Of a stretch of 64,000 bases of DNA, positions 39,634 to 49,020 are shown piece after piece (position 1 is the first letter of the stretch; each line of letters starts with the position of its first letter). The notes under the pieces are model-generated. The model was given only the letters and a program-made list of their open reading frames with translations. It was not told where the DNA came from and did not search any database. Location: NCBI GenBank assembly GCA_965237955.1, contig OZ250169.1:2272001-2336000 (forward strand), given 5' to 3'. The position numbers and the translations under genes are program-made. This stretch comes from Candidatus Marinacidobacterales bacterium (GTDB lineage Bacteria > Acidobacteriota > Vicinamibacteria > Marinacidobacterales > SMYC01).

Positions 39634-40611
39634 TCAAGACGTCGAGAGGTGATCGATCACGCGCTGAAGAATCCCGTCGAGGCTCACCTTCGGCTCGTAG
39701 CCGACAAGGGCCGCAATCTTACTCGTATCGGGAACACGTCGCGGCATGTCTTCGAAGCCTTCCTCATAGGCCTTCTCGTAGGGCACGAAGACGATCTCCG
39801 AGTCGCTCTTCGCCATCGCCTTCACTTTCTTCGCGAGCTCGAGAATGCTGACCTCGTGATCCGAACCGATGTTGAAGACTTCGCCCGGCGCGTCGGGATG
39901 ATCCATCAACCCGAGAAGGCCGCTCACCACGTCGGAAACGTCGGTAAAACACCGCCTCTGCGTGCCGTCACCAAACACGGTGATGGGTTGTCCGGCAAGA
40001 GCTTGACGAACGAAATTCGGTATCACCATGCCGTAGCGTCCGGTCTGCCGTGGGCCCACGGTATTGAACAGGCGCACCACCGTGACCGGAAGTTTCTTCT
40101 CTTTGTAATAGGCGAGCCCGAGAAACTCGTCGATGGCTTTCGAGCATGCGTAGCTCCAGCGACCTTTGTTGGTCGCGCCCATGACGAGATCCGCGTCTTC
40201 CCGAAACGGGAACTCGGTGCTTTTGCCGTAGACCTCGGACGTCGACGCCAGGAGCACACGCTTTTTCTTCTTGTTGGCGAGCTTCAAGACAGTCTCCGTG
40301 CCGTGGACGTTGGTCTCGATCGTGTGCACCGGGCTTTCGACGATGAGTCGAACGCCCACCGCCGCAGCCAGATGCACGACCACATCCACCCGATCGACGT
40401 GCTCCGCGGTCACCGGCTCGTTGATGACCGTGTCGATGGAGTAACTGAATCCCGTGTTCCCTTTGAGGTGCTCGATGTTCTCGATGCTCCCCGTCGATAA
40501 ATCATCGAGTACATAGACTTCGTCCCCGCGTTCGAGGAGCGCCTCCGCGAGGTGCGAGCCGATGAAGCCCGCCCCTCCGGTTATCAGGACTTTGAGGACT
40601 TTCATAACCAC
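39634..40611 (-). CDS. NAD-dependent sugar-nucleotide epimerase/dehydratase
   Basis: TGGAGFIGSHL, STSEVYG, YACSK, RLFNTVGPRQ. Confidence 0.92.
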   Translation of the reverse strand: MVMKVLKVLITGGAGFIGSHLAEALLERGDEVYVLDDLSTGSIENIEHLKGNTGFSYSIDTVINEPVTAEHVDRVDVVVHLAAAVGVRLIVESPVHTIETNVHGTETVLKLANKKKKRVLLASTSEVYGKSTEFPFREDADLVMGATNKGRWSYACSKAIDEFLGLAYYKEKKLPVTVVRLFNTVGPRQTGRYGMVIPNFVRQALAGQPITVFGDGTQRRCFTDVSDVVSGLLGLMDHPDAPGEVFNIGSDHEVSILELAKKVKAMAKSDSEIVFVPYEKAYEEGFEDMPRRVPDTSKIAALVGYEPKVSLDGILQRVIDHLSTS

Positions 40612-42350
40612 CGACCTCCGTTTGCTGGTCCCCTGTTACTTTTGCCGCCAGCGCTCTTCATGACTTCGTAAACACGGGTTGCGCCCCGTGCGTCGACGAG
40701 CCGGGCGCCGGCATCACTCATCCGATCGCGCCGATCGCGGTCCTTCACGAGCTCTTCCGCTTTCTTGCGGATCGTCTCTTCGCTCACCTCGGTGCCGAGC
40801 CCGAGGTGAAGGATGGTGCCGTAGCGGGCAAAACCCTCCATCCGCTCCCGCTCGCGCGTGTTCTGACACAAAACGATCCCGGGACGCCCGAGAGCCGCGA
40901 TCTCGAAAACGGTCATGCCGCCCGAGCACAGAACCAGATCGGATTCGAACAGGATGTCGGCCATGTGCTCGACGTTTTTCAGAATCTCCGGCTTCACCGA
41001 AAGTTTCGCCACGAGCGCGTCAAGCTCGGTGCGATATCCATAGGCGGGACCGAGCACGACCGTCACCGAGACATCGGCCAACCCGTCGAGCGCCGAGAGC
41101 GCTTTCATCGTCAAGTTCTGCGGATCGCTGCCACCGAAGCTGAGGACGATCTTGCGCCCTTCTTCGAGTATCGCCGGGGGTATCGTCGGCGTCTCGTTGG
41201 CTTTCTTCTGGAACGAGTCTCTCAAGATCGCGAACGCGGGACCGGCATGATAGTCGTCGAGCTCGACCTCGCCCTCTTGCATCGTGGCGATGATGATCGA
41301 AGCGAGCTCGGAGGGCTTCTCGATGTCATCGAGCGAGTCGACGAGGTTGATGGTGGACGCTCCGAGACCCGCGAGGGCCCGCAAGTAATCGTCCTCCAAG
41401 AACGGTCGGTCATTAATAATGATGTTGGGCGAATAATCTCGGATGACGCCAATGATGACATCGACATCGACATCGGTGTCGGTGTGGACGCCGTGTACGG
41501 GCGCCACACGAATCGTATACCCGGCACGGGCGATGTGCTGCACTCCCTCGGGAAGGTCGGCGCGCATCAAAAAGCAGACGTCCGCGTGGGCGACGACCTT
41601 GGTCAGCTCCTTGGCAACGGCGAGACTCCGGTACACGTGCCCCATCCCCATCTCGCTGCCGCCGTCGACGCAGAAGAGCACCCGCGGCAAGTGCACCAGT
41701 TTTTCCGCGAGCCAGAAATCGTAGATGTCGTGCACGGTGAGAGCGGACATCTTGTCCATGAGGATGTGACCGACTTTCGCACCCAAGCGTTCGCTCGATT
41801 CCAACACGTTCCGTCGGACCGCTCGGATGGCACCGTCCTCGTGGTAGAGCGGCTCGAGCTCATCACGTCGGCCCGGACGCTCGAATAGCGGCTCGAGCTT
41901 GCCTTGGGGACGATGCCACGTGAGCGTCCTCACTTCTTTGAGGGAGATGACGGCATCGAAGTCGTTGTCGGCGAGCTCATCGATCGCGGCATCGATTTGT
42001 TCCGCCCGACGAAACGGTGACGTCGCCTGGAGGGTGACGACGATATCGAATCGCGTGTCGTTTTCCACGGTCTCGACCGCGTGGCGGATGACCTCTCGGA
42101 TCTGGGAGATATTCTGCGCGAGCTCGTCGGGACGTCTCACGACTTCGGCATCGTATTCCCGCGCGACTCGTTCGACCTGGTCATCGTCGGTGGAAACGAT
42201 GAGCCGATCGATGTACTTGCTCTTTTTCGCTTCCTCGAGCGTATGCGCGATCAGAGGGATCGCGCCGAGCTTCTTGATGTTGAGGTAGGGAACCTCGGGG
42301 TCGCCCCCGCGAGCGGGGACGACGGCGATCACTTTGAGCCCGTTCTTCAT
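40602..42350 (-). CDS. Fused CMP-nonulosonate synthetase (NeuA/PseF-like) + PseG/SpsG-like nucleotide-sugar hydrolase domain
   Basis: N-terminal VPARGG..LNIK, VSTDD, LQATSPFR; C-terminal DGGSEMGMGHVYRS, SFGGSDP, SGGMTVFE. Confidence 0.85.
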   Translation of the reverse strand: MKNGLKVIAVVPARGGDPEVPYLNIKKLGAIPLIAHTLEEAKKSKYIDRLIVSTDDDQVERVAREYDAEVVRRPDELAQNISQIREVIRHAVETVENDTRFDIVVTLQATSPFRRAEQIDAAIDELADNDFDAVISLKEVRTLTWHRPQGKLEPLFERPGRRDELEPLYHEDGAIRAVRRNVLESSERLGAKVGHILMDKMSALTVHDIYDFWLAEKLVHLPRVLFCVDGGSEMGMGHVYRSLAVAKELTKVVAHADVCFLMRADLPEGVQHIARAGYTIRVAPVHGVHTDTDVDVDVIIGVIRDYSPNIIINDRPFLEDDYLRALAGLGASTINLVDSLDDIEKPSELASIIIATMQEGEVELDDYHAGPAFAILRDSFQKKANETPTIPPAILEEGRKIVLSFGGSDPQNLTMKALSALDGLADVSVTVVLGPAYGYRTELDALVAKLSVKPEILKNVEHMADILFESDLVLCSGGMTVFEIAALGRPGIVLCQNTRERERMEGFARYGTILHLGLGTEVSEETIRKKAEELVKDRDRRDRMSDAGARLVDARGATRVYEVMKSAGGKSNRGPANGGRWL

Positions 42351-42357
42351 AAACGGC

Positions 42358-43407
42358 TCAGATCATGCTCCACTCGAGCACGGTATCTTCCGGAATATCG
42401 CTCTTCACGATTCTACCGACGACGTCGTCGACGAACTTCGGATAGATACCGGTGCCGGGGCGTTTGAACGTCAGCATGTCGCGCGTGATGGTTGCTCCCG
42501 CTGGAATGTCCTGGTTGGTCACGATACTGCGGCGAGCGTAACGGTAGGCCTCGGATTCCGCTTCTACCGGTCCTTTCTCATAGCGCCCCATCGCCTTCTC
42601 GATCGTGCGAATACCGTCCATCATCCGTTTCAAGTCGTGATGGTCCACGGAAAGGTGGTGGTCCGGACTTCCCGGTAGCGTCTTGTCGACGGTGTAGTGC
42701 TTCTCGACGGCGACGGCCCCGAGAGCAACCGCGGCCTGGGGCACCGCGATCCCCAAAGTGTGGTCCGACAAGCCCACGGGAATCTCCGGAAACGCTGCTT
42801 TCATATGGAGCATCATCCTCAAGTTCGCGTTCTCCGCATTGCACGGATACTGGAGCGTGCAGTGCAAGAGAATGATCTGGTCGTTGCCCTGTTCGCGAAC
42901 CACGGCCACGGCATCGCCGATTTCTGGAATGGTCGCGAGTCCCGTCGACAAAATGACCGGCTTGCCTTTCGCCGCTACCTTTTTCAGCAGAGGGTGGTCG
43001 GTCAGATCGGCGGACGCGATCTTGAAGCCCGGAACCCCGAGCTCGTCCAGCATGTCGACGGCTTCATCATCGAACGGCGCCGAAAAACACAAGAGCTTGC
43101 ACTCTCTGGCATAGCGAAACAGAGCTTCGTGCTCGACCGGACCGAAGCTATCGAGCTTCGCGAACGTGTCGTATTGGCTTCCGTCCGGATCGTCCTGCTC
43201 GACCCAGTATCGCGGGGCGGTTTTGGTCGAGATCTTGCCGGCCTTGTAGCTTTGGAACTTGATCGCATCGGCACCGGCGCCTTTGGCCTCTTGGATGAGC
43301 GAGCGTCCGAGCGCGAGGTCGCCGTTATGGTTCACGCCTGCCTCGGCAATGACGAAGGCAGGGTGGCCCTCGCCAATGAGCCGTCCACCGAAATCAATCT
43401 CGAGCAT
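42358..43407 (-). CDS. neuB: N-acetylneuraminate (nonulosonate) synthase family, NeuB/SpsE
   Basis: IAEAGVNHNGD, KFQ, KIASADL, LSTG, LHC..YP, GLSDHT, EKHYT; C-terminal AFP-like domain KRPGTGI. Confidence 0.9.
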   Translation of the reverse strand: MLEIDFGGRLIGEGHPAFVIAEAGVNHNGDLALGRSLIQEAKGAGADAIKFQSYKAGKISTKTAPRYWVEQDDPDGSQYDTFAKLDSFGPVEHEALFRYARECKLLCFSAPFDDEAVDMLDELGVPGFKIASADLTDHPLLKKVAAKGKPVILSTGLATIPEIGDAVAVVREQGNDQIILLHCTLQYPCNAENANLRMMLHMKAAFPEIPVGLSDHTLGIAVPQAAVALGAVAVEKHYTVDKTLPGSPDHHLSVDHHDLKRMMDGIRTIEKAMGRYEKGPVEAESEAYRYARRSIVTNQDIPAGATITRDMLTFKRPGTGIYPKFVDDVVGRIVKSDIPEDTVLEWSMI

Positions 43408-44182
43408 TATCCAAAGCTACCGATCGGAAGTTAGCAGCGCTTGTTCTGATGTCCGTGTTGATCTCCGCGAGCTCCGGCTCTTCGTCCAGGAGCCCGATCG
43501 CGTCGATCGTCTGTAGCACTGTACCCGAACGATACAGTTTATCGAAGATGCGCTCCATGAGCACGAGATCTTCCGGCTCGTCGACCGTCAAACGGTACTC
43601 GGGCCGGTAGATCTTTTCGGGAAGCTCGGCGCGGACGACGCGGAACGCGTCCGGATGCTCCTTGATATAGAGCGTGACCAGCTCCGAGCGGTGCCGGTCG
43701 TCGCCGTCCCGGTGACTTTTTTCGAGGGCCCGCCGCGAGATCACCTCGGAAAGGATGCCCATGAGCAGGGCGTCTCCCGGGACGTAGGTGTAATCGGCGT
43801 CGGCATCGAGGTGGGTTGCCACCAGGGTTTCGATGAGCGGCAGGTCGGTCAACGGATTGTCGGCGGTGACACGGACGACTTGGTCGACGCCGAAGGTTTT
43901 GACAAGTGCCACGTGCCGTCCCAGGACATCGTTCTCGTCGCCACGGAAAGCCCGGATGCCGAGCGCCTCGGCGACTTCGACGAGGACGTCGTTCTCTGCC
44001 GCCACCGACGTCGCGAGCACGATCGGAGAGGTGCCCCCGAGCGAGCTCAACCGCTCGAGGAGATGCGTCAGGAGTGGTTTCCCCGTCAACGGCGCCATCG
44101 CTTTACCGGGACAACGCTCCGAGCGCATGCGCGCCGACACCGCGATGAGGACGTTGCCTTCCTCCCAGCGAACGCTACTCAA
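43394..44182 (-). CDS. SpsF-like cytidylyltransferase
   Basis: ARMRSERCPGK, FRGDENDVLGR, VRVTADNPL, RLTVDEPED. Confidence 0.87.
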   Translation of the reverse strand: MSSVRWEEGNVLIAVSARMRSERCPGKAMAPLTGKPLLTHLLERLSSLGGTSPIVLATSVAAENDVLVEVAEALGIRAFRGDENDVLGRHVALVKTFGVDQVVRVTADNPLTDLPLIETLVATHLDADADYTYVPGDALLMGILSEVISRRALEKSHRDGDDRHRSELVTLYIKEHPDAFRVVRAELPEKIYRPEYRLTVDEPEDLVLMERIFDKLYRSGTVLQTIDAIGLLDEEPELAEINTDIRTSAANFRSVALDNARD

Positions 44183-45188
44183 AAAGGTCCTCCGTCAGAG
44201 GCGACCACGCCGGGATATCGTGCCGCGGCTTCCTGCCGACGAGACGCGGGGCTTCATAGGGCGCGAATCCGGTCTCGTTCCTCAGAAACGCTAGCTGATC
44301 TTTCTCCACCGGCTCGCCGGCGCGAAGCTCCGAGGCGCTCAGCACCGCTCGGCGCATCACTCGGTGGTACCGCTCAGCGCTCGCCCCTTGCGTCAAGGCG
44401 GGATCTCCGAACGCTGCTTCCGCTTCGCGAATGAGCTCTACCATGGTTCGGAAACGATCTTTTTCGAGCGCGGATTCGTAGTCGAAGCCTTTCGCGCTGC
44501 GATCGAGGGTGACGTGCTTCTCCACGAGATCCGCTCCGAACGCTACCGCGAGCGCCGGCAAAACGAGCGCGGTCGTGGTGCCGCCGTCGACGTGATCGAG
44601 AAAGCCGACGGGAAGACCGAATGTCTGTTTCAACGTTCCGATGAAGCGCAGGTGTGAGTCCGCCGCGCGCGTCGGAAAATTCTGCACGCCGTGCAGGAGC
44701 ATCACACTCTCGTTTCCTTCCGTTCTCGCAACCGCGATGGCCGATTCGACCGCACCGAGTCCGGAGCCCCCGGTGGACAACAGGAGCGGTTTCCCCGTCG
44801 CGGCCACCTCGCGGATGAACTCCGGGTTCTCCATGTCGGTCGAATGGATCTTGTACGCTGCGATACCGACCCGCTCGCCGAGCGCGAGGCTTACGCGATC
44901 GAAAACGTCGGCGAAAATCGCAATCCGGAGCGCACTCGCTTGATTCAGCACGTTCTCCCAATCCTCGACGGAGAACTCGATCTGGTCGAACGTCGAGCGG
45001 TGCGGATCGTTCGGCGCCACGAGGGCGCCGGCGCGGAAGAGCTGAAACTTGACGCCGTCCGCGCCCGCATCTTTGGTACTCGTCGCGAGAGCAAGCGCTT
45101 GCACCGCTTCGCCCTGATGGGCGGACGCGACTTCGGCGAGAGCAAACGCGGGGGCACCGTCGCCAACGAGACGGTCGCCAATCTTCAT
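44175..45188 (-). CDS. Second, divergent NeuB-family synthase
   Basis: AEVASAHQG, KFQ, KIHSTD, LSTG, LHGVQNFPT, FLDH, EKHVTL; C-terminal AFP-like domain. Confidence 0.85.
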   Translation of the reverse strand: MKIGDRLVGDGAPAFALAEVASAHQGEAVQALALATSTKDAGADGVKFQLFRAGALVAPNDPHRSTFDQIEFSVEDWENVLNQASALRIAIFADVFDRVSLALGERVGIAAYKIHSTDMENPEFIREVAATGKPLLLSTGGSGLGAVESAIAVARTEGNESVMLLHGVQNFPTRAADSHLRFIGTLKQTFGLPVGFLDHVDGGTTTALVLPALAVAFGADLVEKHVTLDRSAKGFDYESALEKDRFRTMVELIREAEAAFGDPALTQGASAERYHRVMRRAVLSASELRAGEPVEKDQLAFLRNETGFAPYEAPRLVGRKPRHDIPAWSPLTEDLFE

Positions 45189-45895
45189 CGTCCACCTACT
45201 TTCTTGCTCATGAAGAATCGCACCATGTCGAGCTCGAGCGAGTCATCGCTGTGAAGTGATTTGAGCCCGCCGAGAACGATGGCGCGTACGTCCTTGCCGA
45301 GCCCGAAATCCTTGCCGCTCCAGTTCTCGAGAAGCTCGCGACGACGGAGAAACATACCGCCGTCGAGAATGTAAGCCGGCGGTAGATCCTGTCGTTGTAG
45401 ATACGAGTCGTTACTCGCGTCGTTGAAAGGAAGAATCCGATCGCCTTCGAGCCGCTTCACCCAGTACGGGTGCCCGTGCTCGATTCGCTCGACCGAGCAC
45501 ACACAGTCACCCCCGCTGGTTTCGAGCGTCTCGATCGCACGATCGATGTCCTCACCTTCGAGAAACGGCGCCGTCGCTTGGAGCGACAATACGGCGTCCG
45601 CGCGGAAGCCGAGGCGATCCATCGCTTCCATCGCGTGGCGCGCCACCGGGACGATTGAAACCTCGTCTCTCGCGAGCTCGTGCGGACGCCGGAACGGCAC
45701 TTCGGCGCCGAGCTCCTTGGCAACTTGAGCGATCTCTTCGTCTTCGGTCGACACCAAGAAGCGCTCGAGCCGCTTCGCCGAGCGAGCGGCATCGACGACG
45801 TAGGCAAGGAGCGGGCGGCCTTCGACCGGTGCGAGGTTTTTGCGCGGCACCGACTTCGAGCCGCCGCGAGCGGGAATGACGCCTAAGACTTGCAT
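45185..45895 (-). CDS. neuA: Acylneuraminate cytidylyltransferase
   Basis: IPARGGSKSVPRKN, VSTEDEEI, RQDLP. Confidence 0.9.
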   Translation of the reverse strand: MQVLGVIPARGGSKSVPRKNLAPVEGRPLLAYVVDAARSAKRLERFLVSTEDEEIAQVAKELGAEVPFRRPHELARDEVSIVPVARHAMEAMDRLGFRADAVLSLQATAPFLEGEDIDRAIETLETSGGDCVCSVERIEHGHPYWVKRLEGDRILPFNDASNDSYLQRQDLPPAYILDGGMFLRRRELLENWSGKDFGLGKDVRAIVLGGLKSLHSDDSLELDMVRFFMSKKVGGR

Positions 45896-47781
45896 GTTTG
45901 CCTTGTTTTAAAGACCGCCTCAACAATCCGCTCGGTCGAGCGGCCATCGGCACCGAAAGCGAACTCTTGTATGTACTCCTTCCGCGTCCTCTCGAGCTCT
46001 CGAGCGACTCCCTCGTCGAAGAGGAGCTTTCGAATCGCCGCTTCGATCGGCTCCCCGCGGGAAACGCCGAGGGCGACGCCACGCTCCACCAGCGCGTCCA
46101 GATTGCTGGGCAAGTTCACCACGAGGACCGAGCGACCCAGAACGAGAGCTTCCGAGGACGCAAACGAGTCTACCGTCACCAAACCGTCCGAGGCAAAAAG
46201 GAGCTCGAGGAGGTTCATCGACGCCGATAGAACACGGCTTTTCACCGGATGGAGCTCGTCGAGGACTTCGTCGTACGGCTTCCTCGACTCTGCCTGGTGC
46301 GGTTTGACGAACAACCATAGGTCCTCAGAACTATTGACGCGCTCCACGGCTTCCACGAGCTCGCGGAAGACGGGCGAAACCGCCGTCCACCGGCTTGCCA
46401 GCACGAGAAGCCGCGCCCCTTCGGGGACTCCGAGGTCCTTTTTCGTCGCACTCGCGTCGAATCCTTGTGCCGCCTGCACCAGATCGTCGAACTTCGGACT
46501 GCCGGTGATCACGATGCGATCCGGGTCGTAGCTTCCCCGGCGGACGAGGAGATCTTTGGCGACGCTCCCAAATACCGCCGTCTTCGTTGGAAGCGGAACC
46601 CCGTCGACGCCGACCTCGAAGCTCGCGTGCTCGTGCGAGTAGTACTGCTCGTACATGATGCCGTGCTGCACCGCGAACGACGGGATTCCGTGAACGCGAG
46701 CCGCGGTGACTGCGGCGCGACCGAGCCCGCTCGACTCGGCGTAGAGGACGACGATGTCGGGTCGATCGGTCGCGAGCACCGCCTCCACTTCTTGGTATGA
46801 GCGAATCGCCCACGGCAGCTGGCGGTAGAACGTATCGCGGAAGCAAGCGAGCGCCTCCGCTCCCAACGCGACGTCCCGGTGTGAGAGCTCGAAACGCGCG
46901 CGGAACTCTTCCCACATACGCCGGCACGCGGAGAACGCGCGTACGAGCGAGAGACTCATCGGTAGCGTGAAGTAGCGGCGGATCGGTCGATACGGGCGAT
47001 CGTCCTCACCGATTTCCAGTAGATCGCGAAGCCAGGAGCCAGGACCGCGTTTTCTGAATGGAACCGGCGGGCCGAACGCGACGACGGTGGTGCTCACCTT
47101 TTCCTCGACCGCCGGGAGAATGCGGTCGAAGTACATCTCGCGATCGCCGCGCCACATGGAGCCGTGGGTCAAGAAAAACACCTGCGCTCGCTCCTGCGAC
47201 CGCCGACGGCGGAGGAGGGACTTCAATCCCGTCCCCATCAACTTGAGAAGGTCGGCCGCGTGAAGCCGCGTCGTCCGGAACCAAAAAGGCGGCCCTTCGA
47301 CGGTATCGCCGATCACATCGACTTCGCGAACGAGCTTCTTGGCCGCGGCTTCCAAGGCACGGACCGGCCGCACCACCACGAGCCGGCCAGGCCTCAGCAA
47401 CGTGACGAGACGCGCGGCCGCCTCGACATCGCGCACCACGAGGCGCAGCGGTGTCTCGTGGTAGAGGTAGAGCTCGGCCCACCACCACAACACCAGGGGT
47501 CCATAGCGAAACCGGTCGCGAAACCGGTCGCGACCGAACTCCTTGAACCACCGAATAACGGCATCATCAACATCGAAGTCCTGTTCGGCGCCGAGCCTTT
47601 CCGCGATGGTGTCGCTTCCGATTCCGGCGCCTTCGAGGGCGCTCTTGACGGCGGGACTCGGGAAGCGGTCTTGGACAATGGAGCTGTGCTGCCACGCTAT
47701 GATCGTGGCACCCGTTTCTTCGAAGTCACGGACACGGCGGATCTCGTCGGGCGTCAGACGCGCATCGCCGACGAGCACCAT
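45883..47781 (-). CDS. GT-B surface-carbohydrate transferase (putative CMP-nonulosonate transferase; CDP-glycerol phosphotransferase/capsule-synthesis-like)
   Basis: QHG, TGSPKFD, VKPH and S.ASSEA motifs; heads the neu operon. Start may be TTG 47802. Confidence 0.65.
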   Translation of the reverse strand: MVLVGDARLTPDEIRRVRDFEETGATIIAWQHSSIVQDRFPSPAVKSALEGAGIGSDTIAERLGAEQDFDVDDAVIRWFKEFGRDRFRDRFRYGPLVLWWWAELYLYHETPLRLVVRDVEAAARLVTLLRPGRLVVVRPVRALEAAAKKLVREVDVIGDTVEGPPFWFRTTRLHAADLLKLMGTGLKSLLRRRRSQERAQVFFLTHGSMWRGDREMYFDRILPAVEEKVSTTVVAFGPPVPFRKRGPGSWLRDLLEIGEDDRPYRPIRRYFTLPMSLSLVRAFSACRRMWEEFRARFELSHRDVALGAEALACFRDTFYRQLPWAIRSYQEVEAVLATDRPDIVVLYAESSGLGRAAVTAARVHGIPSFAVQHGIMYEQYYSHEHASFEVGVDGVPLPTKTAVFGSVAKDLLVRRGSYDPDRIVITGSPKFDDLVQAAQGFDASATKKDLGVPEGARLLVLASRWTAVSPVFRELVEAVERVNSSEDLWLFVKPHQAESRKPYDEVLDELHPVKSRVLSASMNLLELLFASDGLVTVDSFASSEALVLGRSVLVVNLPSNLDALVERGVALGVSRGEPIEAAIRKLLFDEGVARELERTRKEYIQEFAFGADGRSTERIVEAVFKTRQTCKS

Positions 47782-47828
47782 CGTGTCGCTATCAGTGCTC
47801 AAGCAAAGAATTATACAATCCCGGAACC

Positions 47829-48731
47829 ATGTATCGCCGTGAGTTCCTGTCACTGGTGGCAGCCGCCTGGCTGGCAAGAACGCAAACGAAGCCCCTCTAT
47901 TCGATCTCCCTCGCCGAGTGGTCGTTCCATCGAGCCCTCAGAGCCGGCGAAATGGAGCACCTCGACTTCGCCGCCGTCGCCAAGCGGGACTACGGCCTCG
48001 GCGGCATCGAGTACGTCAACACATTCTTCTTCGACCAAGCGCGCGAGCAGAGCTACCTGGGCGAGATGAAATCGCGCGCCGACGGCGAGGGCGTCCAAAG
48101 CCTCCTCATCATGTGCGACAATGAAGGCGAACTCGGCGACGGGGACGAGACGGCACGTGCCACCGCGGTCTCCAATCACCACAAGTGGGTGGAGGCGGCG
48201 AGGAATCTCGGCTGCCATTCGATACGCGTGAACGCGCGCAGCAACCCGGTGCTCGACGCCCAGGAGCAGCAGAAGCTGGCCGCGGACGGTTTGAGACGCT
48301 TGTGTGAGTTCGCCGATCCTTACGGCATCGACGTCATCGTCGAGAACCACGGCGGTTTGTCTTCGAACGGCGCCTGGCTAAAGGCGGTGATGGAGAGGGT
48401 GGATCACCCCCGGGTGGGAACCCTGCCCGACTTCGGAAACTTCAAAATCCGGGGCGATCCCGATCACGAGGAGTGGTACGACCGCTACCAAGGCGTCCGG
48501 GAGCTCATGCCCTACGCCAAAGCGGTGAGCGCCAAATCCCACGATTTCGACGCCTCCGGGAACGAGACCGAAACCGACTACGACCGGATGCTCGGGATCG
48601 TTCTCGACGCCGGCTACCGCGGCTATGTAGGCATCGAGTACGAAGGTGAGCGACTCAGCGAGCAGGAGGGGGTGCGCAAAACCCGCGATTTACTCGTTCG
48701 CGTTCGAGAGGATTTGACGGCGGCGTATTAG
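47829..48731 (+). CDS. Sugar phosphate isomerase/epimerase (xylose isomerase-like TIM barrel) with Tat-like signal
   Basis: [41 protein letters not shown]. Confidence 0.88.
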   Translation: MYRREFLSLVAAAWLARTQTKPLYSISLAEWSFHRALRAGEMEHLDFAAVAKRDYGLGGIEYVNTFFFDQAREQSYLGEMKSRADGEGVQSLLIMCDNEGELGDGDETARATAVSNHHKWVEAARNLGCHSIRVNARSNPVLDAQEQQKLAADGLRRLCEFADPYGIDVIVENHGGLSSNGAWLKAVMERVDHPRVGTLPDFGNFKIRGDPDHEEWYDRYQGVRELMPYAKAVSAKSHDFDASGNETETDYDRMLGIVLDAGYRGYVGIEYEGERLSEQEGVRKTRDLLVRVREDLTAAY

Positions 48732-48741
48732 CCCTTTCCCA

Positions 48742-48812
48742 GCAATAACTTAACACTTATTCCAGCCCTGTTCCATTTCGGGACATTTAAGTTATTGCGT
48801 AGTCAAGACTTA
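48742..48812. repeat. AT-rich inverted repeat / palindromic element
   Basis: Perfect 12-bp IR GCAATAACTTAA (48742-48753) / TTAAGTTATTGC (48787-48798), overlapping an imperfect TAAGTTATTG-N6-CAAGACTTA palindrome. Confidence 0.6.
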
Positions 48813-48833
48813 TACGCCGGCGTCCATGAAGAC

Positions 48834-48905
48834 AAAAAGGCCACCGCCGGGGTTGGGGCCCGGCTCCATTGGACTTCCTCAGGGGCAATAAGAGGAGGGT
48901 GGCAC
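48834..48905 (-). ncRNA. Putative ~70-nt multi-stem small RNA
   Basis: Promoter TTGCCT-17-TAATCT (48939-48911); GCCACC/GGTGGC closing stem enclosing three hairpins, followed by TTTTT. Confidence 0.55.
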
Positions 48906-49020
48906 CTGGAAGATTACCAGCACTCGGGCCCGGAGGCAACTGCGCCCCGGCAGCGTCAACGCGGGTTTTGTTTCGACGTTAGCGCGCTCGGATCATCGCC
49001 GCACCTTGTAAGATTGCTTC

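Noticed and set aside
48740-48765. Possible dif (XerCD) site
   Set aside because: Only a partial resemblance to a XerD arm, with no XerC arm at 6-bp spacing.
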